Source: a virus (lineage: Duplodnaviria > Caudoviricetes). Taken from it: a stretch of DNA of 33,437 nucleotides. The notes beneath the pieces were generated by a model, which saw only the letters and a program-made list of their open reading frames with translations, was not told the DNA's origin and did not search any database. The position numbers and the translations under genes were made by a program. Shown here piece by piece: positions 17,316 through 26,158 of the stretch (the stretch's first letter is position 1; each line of letters opens with the position of its first letter). The stretch spans positions 1-33,437 of the IMG/VR virus record IMGVR_UViG_3300032104_000113; one strand, given 5' to 3'.

Positions 17316-17732
17316 ATGCCTCCTGATAGACCCGCCCGCCAACCCTTCGGGGATGCCTCTCCTTATTCAAAGCTGACCACAAAACAGGTTCTTGAGATCA
17401 GAAACGCCACCTGGATTTCTCAGCGGAGGCTGGCGGATAAATACGGCGTGAATCAGTCGACCATATGCCGTATCAGGATCTACCGAAAAAGAAAGCATGA
17501 TGGTGACGGGGAATCTGTTCAACACACCAAGGCCCGGATTATTGCCCTGGCCGACAAGGGCCCTTTCTCGGATCGTTCTCTGGAGACCCTGTTTAAGGGA
17601 TTGGTCTATGAGTGCGGCTACGCCCTGGACCAACTGATTAAGGAAGGTCTCATCGAAGTCTACAAAAGGCCGGCCATGGGAAGACCCCATTTTTTTGTTT
17701 ATCGCAAGACAAAAGCCAAAAATCTCTCCTAA
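17316..17732 (+). CDS. HTH protein
   Basis: SKLTTKQVLEIR..SQRRLADKYGVNQSTICRI, like the DNA-binding tails of HNH endonucleases. Confidence 0.6.
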   Translation: MPPDRPARQPFGDASPYSKLTTKQVLEIRNATWISQRRLADKYGVNQSTICRIRIYRKRKHDGDGESVQHTKARIIALADKGPFSDRSLETLFKGLVYECGYALDQLIKEGLIEVYKRPAMGRPHFFVYRKTKAKNLS

Positions 17733-17779
17733 AATACGCACCCCCTGCAAATTTCGGTAGTTTTCGGCCATATTTCAGC

Positions 17780-19459
17780 TTGAACGACCCCAAAATGTCC
17801 AGTAACATTATATATATGGACGCCTCCGTGCTTGAAGAAGTTTTCACGGGTGAGGAACTGGACCGTCTTATCGAGAAGGACCCCTCCCTCGGCCTCCTAG
17901 CTTCTGCGAACTGGCAGGACCCCACCACCTTTGCGTCAACCTATTTTGGCCCCGCTCTTTATGAACTCACCTCAAAAACCGGTGCGGATGGAAAGCTCAT
18001 CGAGATCGGCCGGCAGCAGATCCAGGCCGAGTGCTGGAAGATCTATAGAACCTTCGGCCCGATCAATGCTTCTGTCAACTCCAAAGCCGATTATGTGACC
18101 GGAGAGGGCTTCTCTCTTTATTCCAATAACCTGAAGATCAACCGCTTTCTTGTCGACCTTGTCTTCTCGAGAAGAAACAGGCTGTATGCCGCGCTGAACG
18201 GATGGATGGTCCGGATGCAGGCCGAGGGCGAACTCTTTCTCCTGCTTTCCTTTGACGAAACCGGACAAGCCACGATCAGAGTTCTGGAACCAGGCAAGAT
18301 TTGCGGATCCGCCACACTTGAAGACGGATTGCTGTGTCACCCAGACGACGTGACGCAGACGCTGTTCTACGAATACAAGTTCAACAATAGTGGGTTCGAG
18401 CTCATCCCCGATATCAATCTTATGTTTGACCCTGGCTTGCTCAAGATCGCAAAAGATATCCCCGGATTCGATATCGAGAAAACGGAACGATCAAGGGATC
18501 ATGCCGCCGCGTTCAGATCCTTGGGGGGATATCGACGGTTTATTCTTCACTGGAAGAATCTGACCGGTATCCACGAATACAGACGAGACACCTCCCACTT
18601 GAGAACGGTTCTGGAAGCCATCAACCTGTACTGGACGGCCATTAAATGGGAACTGGACCACAAGAAGGCTCAGGCTGCCTACACGATAGAGCTCTCGTTT
18701 GAAGACACGCCCTTTGGCCGAACGGCCTGGCAGGTCTGGAATAAGATGAGTGACGAAGAACGGGCCAAGACGGGTCTGACCAAGACCCTGACACCGGGGT
18801 CCAGGGTTTTTACAATGCCGGGCCTGGCGCTGATTATTCACTCTCCCCAGCTCTCGAAGATGTCGGGCCAAAACCAGGACCTGCTCAATATCGCCGGGGC
18901 CGGCGCGCGCAGCCCTCAAGATTTGTTTCAGGGACAGGTTTCGGGTGCGACACACGCTTCGCTTAAATCCACACGCCCACCCCTGGTTCAGGAGGTTAAA
19001 AACCTGGGGACGAAGTTTAAGCACTTTCTCACTTATGATCTTCTGCGTGCCTGCTTTTTCGCCAAGTCAAAAATGTCTGATTTTCCGGAGACCTTTTCGA
19101 AGAAATTTACCTCTGAAATTAAGGACGGAAAGCCGGTATTTGAAACGCTTGAAGTCGAACCCTGCGAGTTGGTGAAGATATCGCTTCCGAATATTATCCT
19201 GGACGAACGCACGGACAAGAAGGCCAGCGCATTTTTAGGCTCCAAACACGGCGGCTTAGAGTCTCTGGGAGTCTCCCATGGATATATCGCTGAAGAGATG
19301 GGCGTCGGCGATCTTGCAAGGCAGATTCGCCTGAAGTTCGAAGAAGAACAGGAGTCTGGAAAACGGGATCTCAGTCGGGACCCGGAGAAGGCCGCGGAGA
19401 ATAATTTTGTTGAGCAAGGACTGGAAGAGAATCCGGAAGACGAGGAGGGGGACAAGTGA
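17780..19459 (+). CDS. Portal protein
   Basis: 559 aa between terminase and protease; TGEGF and EGELFL motifs; acidic tail. Confidence 0.75.
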   Translation: MNDPKMSSNIIYMDASVLEEVFTGEELDRLIEKDPSLGLLASANWQDPTTFASTYFGPALYELTSKTGADGKLIEIGRQQIQAECWKIYRTFGPINASVNSKADYVTGEGFSLYSNNLKINRFLVDLVFSRRNRLYAALNGWMVRMQAEGELFLLLSFDETGQATIRVLEPGKICGSATLEDGLLCHPDDVTQTLFYEYKFNNSGFELIPDINLMFDPGLLKIAKDIPGFDIEKTERSRDHAAAFRSLGGYRRFILHWKNLTGIHEYRRDTSHLRTVLEAINLYWTAIKWELDHKKAQAAYTIELSFEDTPFGRTAWQVWNKMSDEERAKTGLTKTLTPGSRVFTMPGLALIIHSPQLSKMSGQNQDLLNIAGAGARSPQDLFQGQVSGATHASLKSTRPPLVQEVKNLGTKFKHFLTYDLLRACFFAKSKMSDFPETFSKKFTSEIKDGKPVFETLEVEPCELVKISLPNIILDERTDKKASAFLGSKHGGLESLGVSHGYIAEEMGVGDLARQIRLKFEEEQESGKRDLSRDPEKAAENNFVEQGLEENPEDEEGDK

Positions 19460-20949
19460 GCCTTTTAAATATTCTGCAAACACCTTGGGCGATTACTCCG
19501 GATAAGTTTGCACAGATACAGGAGGTCATCAACCGACACCTGAGTGGAGATAAGCTGGATGTCCTGGAACTTAAGAAACACGATTACGGAGACAAGAAGA
19601 AGGCGCGTCTTCCTTTTGATTCGATCGACGGCGTTGCAATTATTCCGATCGATGGCGTCATTTCCAAGAAGATGAATTTGCTCCATGAAACCAGCGGGGG
19701 CGTTTCGACGCAGCTCCTCGGTCGCGACTTCAGGGCTGCCGTAGATGACTTGAGGATTAAAGGCATCATCCTGAGCATTGACAGCCCCGGCGGGACGGTA
19801 GACGGGACGTTTGAGTTTGCGAATATTATTTTCGAGGCCAGAGGGAAGAAGCCCATCGTCTCGTTTTCCGACGGCGTCATGGCATCGGCCGCTTACTTAT
19901 TCGCCGCCGCCACGGATCGTGTTTTTATCTCGGGAAGGACTGTTCAGGTCGGATCTATTGGTGTCGTTTCAACCCATATCGATAAATCCGAGGCCGAGAA
20001 GAAAGCGGGGATTAAAATCACGGAGATCGTGGCTGGGAAATATAAGCGCATGACGTCTGAGCATGAGCCATTAACCGCAGAGGGCAGAAAAGTGATCGAG
20101 GAGATGGTCGATGACGTCTTATCGGTCTTCGTTTCAGATATTTCAAAGTTCAGGGGCGTATCTGAGGAAAATGTTGTCCAAAACATGGCCAATGGCCGCA
20201 TGTTCATGGGACAGAAGGCGATAAAGGCCGGCTTGGTTGACGGCATCATGACGTTTGATGAACTGGTTTCAAAAATGGCGGCGGGGGAATCCCCGGGGTT
20301 TCAAATCACAGTCAACAAGGAGGTCGAGGCAATGGATATTACGAAGGCGTTTATCTCGGAGAAGCATCCGGAGATTGCCGCAGCATTGAAGGCAGAAGGA
20401 TTTGATGCGGGTTTGATCAAGGGAAAACACGATGGTTTTAATGAAGGCAAGGAAGCGGCGTCAAGTGAAGCCTCCTCTTCAGGATTCAAAGACAGTGAGG
20501 AATACAAGGCATTGATGGGAAAAAACACGGAGATGGAGAAGACCATGGAAGGGTTGAAGTCGATTTGCAAGGACCAGTCTAAGGAACTCGCGATCATCAA
20601 GGAAACTTCTCAGGAAGCCCTGGCGAAAAGCCTCGCACACTCCGTTCTCAAGGCGTCTTCCATTCCGAGCGACCTTCACGAAAAGGTTTCTTCGATGGTC
20701 GACTACCGCAAATACATCAAAGAAGGCGAAAGTTTCGAGCCCGGGTCTGCGTCTGCTCAAGGCTACACAGAGGCGGTCGCCTCCGAAGTGAAAGACTGGG
20801 AGGCTAGACTTGGAAAATCCCATGGCATCGGCCTCGAGAGCGGGAAAGATGACTTTACCGATATCAGCGCGTCCGAGAAAGAGGATGCCGAATATGCAAA
20901 AGGCCTCGCCCGATCTATCTCGGGAGGAGCGATTCGATCTGACGAGTAG
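19456..20949 (+). CDS. S49 (SppA-like) prohead protease with C-terminal scaffold region
   Basis: IDSPGG, MASAAY, VGSIGV, AGKYK, AGLVDG; coiled-coil C-terminus. Confidence 0.9.
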   Translation: MSLLNILQTPWAITPDKFAQIQEVINRHLSGDKLDVLELKKHDYGDKKKARLPFDSIDGVAIIPIDGVISKKMNLLHETSGGVSTQLLGRDFRAAVDDLRIKGIILSIDSPGGTVDGTFEFANIIFEARGKKPIVSFSDGVMASAAYLFAAATDRVFISGRTVQVGSIGVVSTHIDKSEAEKKAGIKITEIVAGKYKRMTSEHEPLTAEGRKVIEEMVDDVLSVFVSDISKFRGVSEENVVQNMANGRMFMGQKAIKAGLVDGIMTFDELVSKMAAGESPGFQITVNKEVEAMDITKAFISEKHPEIAAALKAEGFDAGLIKGKHDGFNEGKEAASSEASSSGFKDSEEYKALMGKNTEMEKTMEGLKSICKDQSKELAIIKETSQEALAKSLAHSVLKASSIPSDLHEKVSSMVDYRKYIKEGESFEPGSASAQGYTEAVASEVKDWEARLGKSHGIGLESGKDDFTDISASEKEDAEYAKGLARSISGGAIRSDE

Positions 20950-21007
20950 TACGTTTCCTGCTTGAACATACGAATGGGAATCAAAAGAAAACAGGAGGAA
21001 CAAAAAA

Positions 21008-21637
21008 ATGGCTAAGAACCCATCAATGACAGTGCCCTTTGTGAATCAGGGCGGTAAGGAGTCCGTGATCGGACGCCCAGGACGGTCGATCCCGATGACA
21101 TTGCTTGGGGACCGGATCGGAACGGCAACATCCAAGGAGAAGGTGACTGCGCCCAGGCTCTATGCGAGGTTGACGGCCTCTCCGTTTAAGGCCCGGCCTT
21201 TCATGGAAAACGCGGTCATCAGCGCCATCACCAATTCCATTAACGCGACGGCGAATATTCCCGATGCGGATGCGATCAAGTTCAAGAATGGTGACAATTG
21301 CAATTTCTACGATGTCAGTGCCAATGGTCTGGCCGGAGAGTCTTTACCAATCAATACGGTTGGGGCAGCCGGTTCCGGCGGTGCGGGTCTGACCCTGATC
21401 ACCTTTACTGGTGTTTTTGGGACGCCCCCGATCGCGAATGATTTTATGGTGGTTGCCGATGGGTCTGAGCTTTCCAAGAACGCCGTTGTCGTCCTGGAAG
21501 AGATCGAGTACGACGGCAGCACGGAATTCCAGACACCCGGATTCATCGACGGCGCCTACAACAAGGCGGAAGTAGAGAATGTGTCCAGGTTTGATGCGAC
21601 GAAGAACTCCGCAATCGAATTGATCGATATGCCATAA
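21008..21637 (+). CDS. Probable head decoration protein
   Basis: Position between protease and capsid, as for lambda gpD; AGGAGG RBS; beta-rich. Confidence 0.55.
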   Translation: MAKNPSMTVPFVNQGGKESVIGRPGRSIPMTLLGDRIGTATSKEKVTAPRLYARLTASPFKARPFMENAVISAITNSINATANIPDADAIKFKNGDNCNFYDVSANGLAGESLPINTVGAAGSGGAGLTLITFTGVFGTPPIANDFMVVADGSELSKNAVVVLEEIEYDGSTEFQTPGFIDGAYNKAEVENVSRFDATKNSAIELIDMP

Positions 21638-21649
21638 GGGTTCTGAACC

Positions 21650-21802
21650 ATGCGGAATGAGGACATTCTCAAGGCGTTCTGCGAGATGGTACGGGAGGGA
21701 GCCCTGAAGGATGCGACCGGGGAGTTTTCCGTGAACATGCTGAAAGGGTCTCTTTCCAGGAAGATTGCGAAGAAGGAGTACGTGACCTTAGACGATCACT
21801 AG
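21650..21802 (+). CDS. 50-aa small protein, YezD/DUF2292-like pattern (below ORF track cutoff)
   Basis: MRNEDILKAFCEMVREGALKDATGEFSVNMLKGSLSRKIAKKEYVTLDDH: helix, then G-x-F-x-V, G, basic strand. Confidence 0.55.
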   Translation: MRNEDILKAFCEMVREGALKDATGEFSVNMLKGSLSRKIAKKEYVTLDDH

Positions 21803-21823
21803 ATTGTAAAGATCATTAAATCA

Positions 21824-21898
21824 TAACGGGACCACCGATTTCGACGCCCGGCGCCACCTCTTTATTGGGGTGATGCCGGGCGTTTTTTGTTGGGGTCC
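21824..21898 (+). promoter_or_regulatory. Leader RNA element copy 1 (attenuator-like, includes intrinsic terminator) upstream of major capsid
   Basis: TAACGGGACCACCGA-TTT-CGACGCCCGG...CCGGGCGTTTTTTGTT-GGGGTCC; GC stem plus U tract; repeated at 26070. Confidence 0.8.
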
Positions 21899-21918
21899 AT
21901 CAGAGGAGGAAACAATCA

Positions 21919-23166
21919 ATGACTGGACAGGAGCTTTTAAAACTGCAAGAGGCAAGAGTGTTTCGTCCTACCGTGATGGACACCGTCATCAACGAACTGG
22001 TGCCGCCACCGGACGCCTTTCTCCTCACGGATGCCTTTCTTCCATTTAAGCTGGTCGACAAGAACGTGGTGATCGACTTGATCCAGCACGGCGCGTTCGG
22101 GAGGACCAACCCCGTGAACCTGGGGGCCGACCATAAAAAGATCGGCATCACCGGGAGCGAATACAAAGAACACACCCCGGGGCATTGGCGTGAGGCGGTT
22201 GAGTTTAACGAAGACGTCTTGGCCAAGGCGGTCGACCCCGCTCGTCCGACCACACTCTGGGGGCAGGGCTTGGTGACCAAGGCCCTGGATCTTATGGATC
22301 TCAGGCTGAACAATCTGATCGAGTACGTCACGTCAAAGATCGTCATTGACGGCAAGTATTCCGAATCCCGCTTCGGGGTGAATTACACCTACGACCCCAA
22401 GATCCCGGCCAAGCTGCTTGAAAATGTGACCACCACGAGTCGATGGATATCCGGTGGGGCCTGGCCGGCGGCTGGAAGTGCGACCCCGATCATTGACATC
22501 ATGGAGGCCTCCAATCTGTTGCGGAGATTTGGAATTGTTCCTGAAGAGGTGCTGATGTCCGTGAAGACGGCACAGGACTTCCATAATTCGACCGAGGTTC
22601 AGAACAAAATCAAGTCTTCTTTCCAGATCGTTGGAAGGAACGCGGACATCGAGTCTCAGTTTGAGACCCTCACCGGTCTTAAGATGCGTCGGGACAACCG
22701 CTTGTATGCTGAAGAAACAACCTTTTCAACCGCTTCTTCGGCCACGGATACAACCCTGGATGTGGTCGACGCCTCTGAGTTTGCCGTGAACGATTTCATC
22801 ACACTCAGAAACGGATTGGGAGAGGAGGAGGAGCGCAAGATTTCCGGTATTTCCGGAAACGTGATCACGATCCTCGCAACGACATTTGCATACAAGATCG
22901 GAGACCGAGTCACAGCCATGAAGCAGTTCCTCCCAGATGATTATTTCATCATCAAGGGCCGGATATCTGAGCGCTCCAACCCTAACAACTGGCTGTCCAC
23001 GCCTTCTCTCGTGAAGGGGAACAACTGGAAGAATCCTCTCCCGGGCCGATACACATGGCTTAAATTTACCAGTACTGTTCCTTACAAACTGGAGATTGGT
23101 GCCGGCATCGATGGCGGACCCAAGGTCAGTCGTGCGACCTGGATGAGGGTGAAGACTGTAGCGTAA
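21919..23166 (+). CDS. Major capsid protein (lambda gpE-like)
   Basis: GAGGAGG RBS; size, position and the W....ATPIIDI / VLMS pattern of the gpE family. Confidence 0.85.
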   Translation: MTGQELLKLQEARVFRPTVMDTVINELVPPPDAFLLTDAFLPFKLVDKNVVIDLIQHGAFGRTNPVNLGADHKKIGITGSEYKEHTPGHWREAVEFNEDVLAKAVDPARPTTLWGQGLVTKALDLMDLRLNNLIEYVTSKIVIDGKYSESRFGVNYTYDPKIPAKLLENVTTTSRWISGGAWPAAGSATPIIDIMEASNLLRRFGIVPEEVLMSVKTAQDFHNSTEVQNKIKSSFQIVGRNADIESQFETLTGLKMRRDNRLYAEETTFSTASSATDTTLDVVDASEFAVNDFITLRNGLGEEEERKISGISGNVITILATTFAYKIGDRVTAMKQFLPDDYFIIKGRISERSNPNNWLSTPSLVKGNNWKNPLPGRYTWLKFTSTVPYKLEIGAGIDGGPKVSRATWMRVKTVA

Positions 23167-23211
23167 GAGGTCTTAACGGACAGACACGCTGATTCATGAC
23201 AAGGGAAGGAG

Positions 23212-23517
23212 TTGATCGTGGAACATATCAAAATCAACGTCCGTCTCCTGGGCCGATATCCCGGCATGGTCATCGGAGAGGACGACAAGTATTTTAAGGA
23301 CTTCAAGAGGTGGGCCGAGGATGAAGACCGTTATGCCGGAAGGCTGATTTGTACGATGGTTGATAGTCCGGATGCCGATGCGCACACAGAAAAAACAGAC
23401 GAGAATCCTGGACCCGACGATCCGAAACCCATCGTAGATGACCCGAATTCTGATGGGACATCAGGGGATGAGGATCCTGTGCTGCAAGAGGGTGGGGACC
23501 CGAAAGACCCAGAATAA
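23212..23517 (+). CDS. Hypothetical protein with acidic tail (gpFI-like position)
   Basis: Follows capsid gene; AAGGAG RBS. Confidence 0.55.
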   Translation: MIVEHIKINVRLLGRYPGMVIGEDDKYFKDFKRWAEDEDRYAGRLICTMVDSPDADAHTEKTDENPGPDDPKPIVDDPNSDGTSGDEDPVLQEGGDPKDPE

Positions 23518-23531
23518 AAGGCGAGGGATAA

Positions 23532-24053
23532 ATGTCACATAAGACGTTTTCGCTCGATCAGATCAAGTCGCTTGTCTTGAACCAGGTCAATGCCGTCAAG
23601 GGCCTCTCCGAAAAGTTTACGTCTGGGCAGGCTGGAGAGGCCTACGACGAGGCGACCCGTGAGATCGGGTTTGAACTTCCGGCCGCATCCGACACGGACG
23701 TTGAGATCAAATACCAGTGGATCATCGAGCGTATGCGGCGGTGGTTCCTGTTTCAGCTCTACAACCAGCACATACTTCGCTTCGATATCTCAGACCTGCG
23801 TGCCGGTCAGGTTGTGAGAAACCTGGAGAAGGCGATCAAGGGCATGGACGACCGCTTCAGGTCCGCCCGGGAAGAACAGGCCACCGCACATCTCTTCATG
23901 AAGGCAGCCGACGTGTTTGGAAACGATATGGTCCTGACCTCGGGTTTTTTGGAAAACGCTATGGGCAAGGATATCAGCTTCCTGGGAAATGATACGAAGG
24001 CTAAAAGGCCGAAGCAGCCCAAAGCAACACAGGACACGATTGATTCTCTGTAA
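23532..24053 (+). CDS. Probable head-tail adaptor
   Basis: Helical protein at the expected position; synteny only. Confidence 0.5.
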   Translation: MSHKTFSLDQIKSLVLNQVNAVKGLSEKFTSGQAGEAYDEATREIGFELPAASDTDVEIKYQWIIERMRRWFLFQLYNQHILRFDISDLRAGQVVRNLEKAIKGMDDRFRSAREEQATAHLFMKAADVFGNDMVLTSGFLENAMGKDISFLGNDTKAKRPKQPKATQDTIDSL

Positions 24054-24064
24054 AGGGGGTCGCG

Positions 24065-24664
24065 TTGGCGACAGCATCGATTGTCGATGACACGATAAAG
24101 ATGGCGGGTAGGCCCATCACGGTTCTGCGTTCCCCTGTGAACCTGAGCACGTTTTTTTGGCAGGGGACCTTGAACAGGAAGGGCCTTGAGCCCACCCGTT
24201 CTTATGAGCGCTTCTATCTCATGCCCTCGGACGCCGGGGTTGTAGAAGGGGATCTGATCCAGGATGGAACGGACTTTTTCCTGGTGATGTCTCTCTCTAA
24301 GGAGGGGGAGTTCGGAGAGACCTGGGCCTTTCAGGGCACGCTTTATAAGACGAACAGCTTGGTGTCGGTCAACACGTATAACGAAAGCACGCAGGTCTTT
24401 GATCCGATCAAGACCGGTGTGAACTGCCTGATCACTCGGGCCCATGCGTTTCGAGGCGCGGAAGACGATATGGCCGTGGCCCTGTCGTCTGCACGGGGGC
24501 GGGGATCGCTCTGGACGGTCTACGCCAGGGTATCCGAAGGCATTAACAAGGACAGTATTCTTGTCGATCAGGCCGGCCGGGAGTGGCGCGTCTCTGCCGA
24601 CTCGGACCCGTCAGTGGTCTCGGGGGTATTGGTGGCGGACGTCATGCTTGGGAAGGGATTCTGA
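24065..24664 (+). CDS. Probable head closure/neck protein
   Basis: Beta-rich; synteny only. Confidence 0.5.
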   Translation: MATASIVDDTIKMAGRPITVLRSPVNLSTFFWQGTLNRKGLEPTRSYERFYLMPSDAGVVEGDLIQDGTDFFLVMSLSKEGEFGETWAFQGTLYKTNSLVSVNTYNESTQVFDPIKTGVNCLITRAHAFRGAEDDMAVALSSARGRGSLWTVYARVSEGINKDSILVDQAGREWRVSADSDPSVVSGVLVADVMLGKGF

Positions 24665-25212
24665 TGCTGAGAGGCACGATCGATACCACGGAATGGGATG
24701 ATGTCTACGCAAGACTTTTGTCCAGCCTCAAACCCGATGTCTTAAACCGGGTCGGGTCTAAGGTCTTGGCCGATCGCATGAGAAAGACCTATGATTTACG
24801 GTGGAAACAGGCTTACCCCCAAGGGAACGTAGGGGTATATGCTCAAAAAAAAGCTGACCTTGGCTTGCCTTCGGGGAAACTCACGGGCGCCTCTCGTGAG
24901 GCCATTTCTTCTGAAGCCGACGCAAGTCAGGGCAGGGTCTTTTTGAAGGGTGTGTGGCCCGGGGCAAGCCTGGGAGACCCATTTTCAGACTTTGAGCCCG
25001 AGTCGTTTTTAACAAAAACATACGGCGGTGAACGGACACGCTTCGCCGTGGAAGGTGAAATCAAGTGGTTCGTTTTATTTCCGGAGGACGATCTTATTAT
25101 TGCATCGGCGATTGACGCCCTTGTGCGGCTTTTTATCGACCCCAAGAGAGGTGTTTCCCAAGAGCTTGCCGAGGTTTTGATCGGAGAGAACATTAACACA
25201 GACGATATCTGA
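24664..25212 (+). CDS. Probable neck/tail completion protein
   Basis: ATG overlaps upstream TGA; synteny. Confidence 0.5.
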   Translation: MLRGTIDTTEWDDVYARLLSSLKPDVLNRVGSKVLADRMRKTYDLRWKQAYPQGNVGVYAQKKADLGLPSGKLTGASREAISSEADASQGRVFLKGVWPGASLGDPFSDFEPESFLTKTYGGERTRFAVEGEIKWFVLFPEDDLIIASAIDALVRLFIDPKRGVSQELAEVLIGENINTDDI

Positions 25213-25220
25213 GGTCACCG

Positions 25221-25664
25221 ATGAGTGCGACGACCGTTCGAGACGCATTGCTGACGCAACTTCAAGCCGATACGGCACTGGTCTCGGAGTTTACGGCACC
25301 TCAGATCAAGAAAGGGGTGGAACTCAACTTTGACATCAAAGCGGCGACGAAGGGGCTTCGTCTTGCGATCACGGCCTCGGACCAAGAGTTGGTCGATATG
25401 CTTTCAAAGCGGGTCAATGCGTCCTATGCCTATCTGGTCCTGGCCTATTTCTACGAGACCAATCCTGAAAATGTCGATGACAGGATGAACTTGTATGACG
25501 AGATTATCCGGGAGGGAGTTGAAAAAATACTGGATATCGGGATCGAAGGCGCCAGGGTCAGCATAGGCCAAACCAAATACTCCCAGCATCCGAAGATTGA
25601 GAACCTTTATTTTGTGGTCATTCCCGCCCTGATCAAGGTTCGGGAGACGAGAGGGGCCAGGTGA
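25221..25664 (+). CDS. Probable tail terminator protein
   Basis: 147 aa alpha/beta pattern ahead of the tail tube gene. Confidence 0.55.
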   Translation: MSATTVRDALLTQLQADTALVSEFTAPQIKKGVELNFDIKAATKGLRLAITASDQELVDMLSKRVNASYAYLVLAYFYETNPENVDDRMNLYDEIIREGVEKILDIGIEGARVSIGQTKYSQHPKIENLYFVVIPALIKVRETRGAR

Positions 25665-25909
25665 TCCGGTGCCGGTGTCGGAAGGTTATTTTCGACGGCC
25701 TGATATTAAAGATGAGGGTGGGACAATTCGCCAAAGGGTATTTCAATATTAAGTGCCCGCAGTGCCGGTTTTGGATGAACGGTTTGACGATTAAATATTT
25801 AACTGGGGAGATCAAAGAAGACCTGGACTTTTCTAAAAAACAAGGAGGCACAATTCATGAATCACAAAGACCATATCAAGGCCATCTTGAAAGATGTGTT
25901 CCGGGGTAA
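25661..25909 (+). CDS. Com-like zinc-finger protein
   Basis: IRCRCRKVIF...IKCPQCR resembles the Mu Com pattern (IRC..C.KLL...IRCPRCK). Confidence 0.6.
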   Translation: MIRCRCRKVIFDGLILKMRVGQFAKGYFNIKCPQCRFWMNGLTIKYLTGEIKEDLDFSKKQGGTIHESQRPYQGHLERCVPG

Positions 25910-26015
25910 GCTGACGGGGAAGGAATCCCTTGAAGATTATCTCAACAGGGCGTCGGATCAGATTCTTTCTTACGTCCCGGGCCCACTGACCAAGAAGGAA
26001 CAGGACACAAGATAA
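25857..26015 (+). CDS. 52-aa hypothetical protein (below ORF track cutoff)
   Basis: AAGGAGG RBS; MNHKDHIKAILKDVFRGKLTGKESLEDYLNRASDQILSY... Confidence 0.5.
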   Translation: MNHKDHIKAILKDVFRGKLTGKESLEDYLNRASDQILSYVPGPLTKKEQDTR

Positions 26016-26069
26016 AGAGGTATTTTATTGATGAGTCGCCCTGGAACAGGGCAATGAAAACTTAATTTT

Positions 26070-26143
26070 TAACGGGACCACCGAATACGACGCCCGGGGG
26101 AGGTTTTAGAAGACCTTCTCCGGGCGTTTTTGTTTTGGGTCCC
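26070..26143 (+). promoter_or_regulatory. Leader RNA element copy 2 (attenuator-like, includes intrinsic terminator) upstream of tail tube
   Basis: TAACGGGACCACCGA-ATA-CGACGCCCGG...CCGGGCGTTTTTGTTTT-GGGTCCC. Confidence 0.8.
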
Positions 26144-26158
26144 TATCGGGAGGAAGAG

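Noticed and set aside
26028-26062. Hammerhead-like string TTGATGAG-stem-GAAA upstream of leader copy 2
   Set aside because: Core begins UUGAUGA rather than CUGAUGA, and I could not build stems I and III with a valid NUH site; it is only a hairpin (GCCCTG/CAGGGC)
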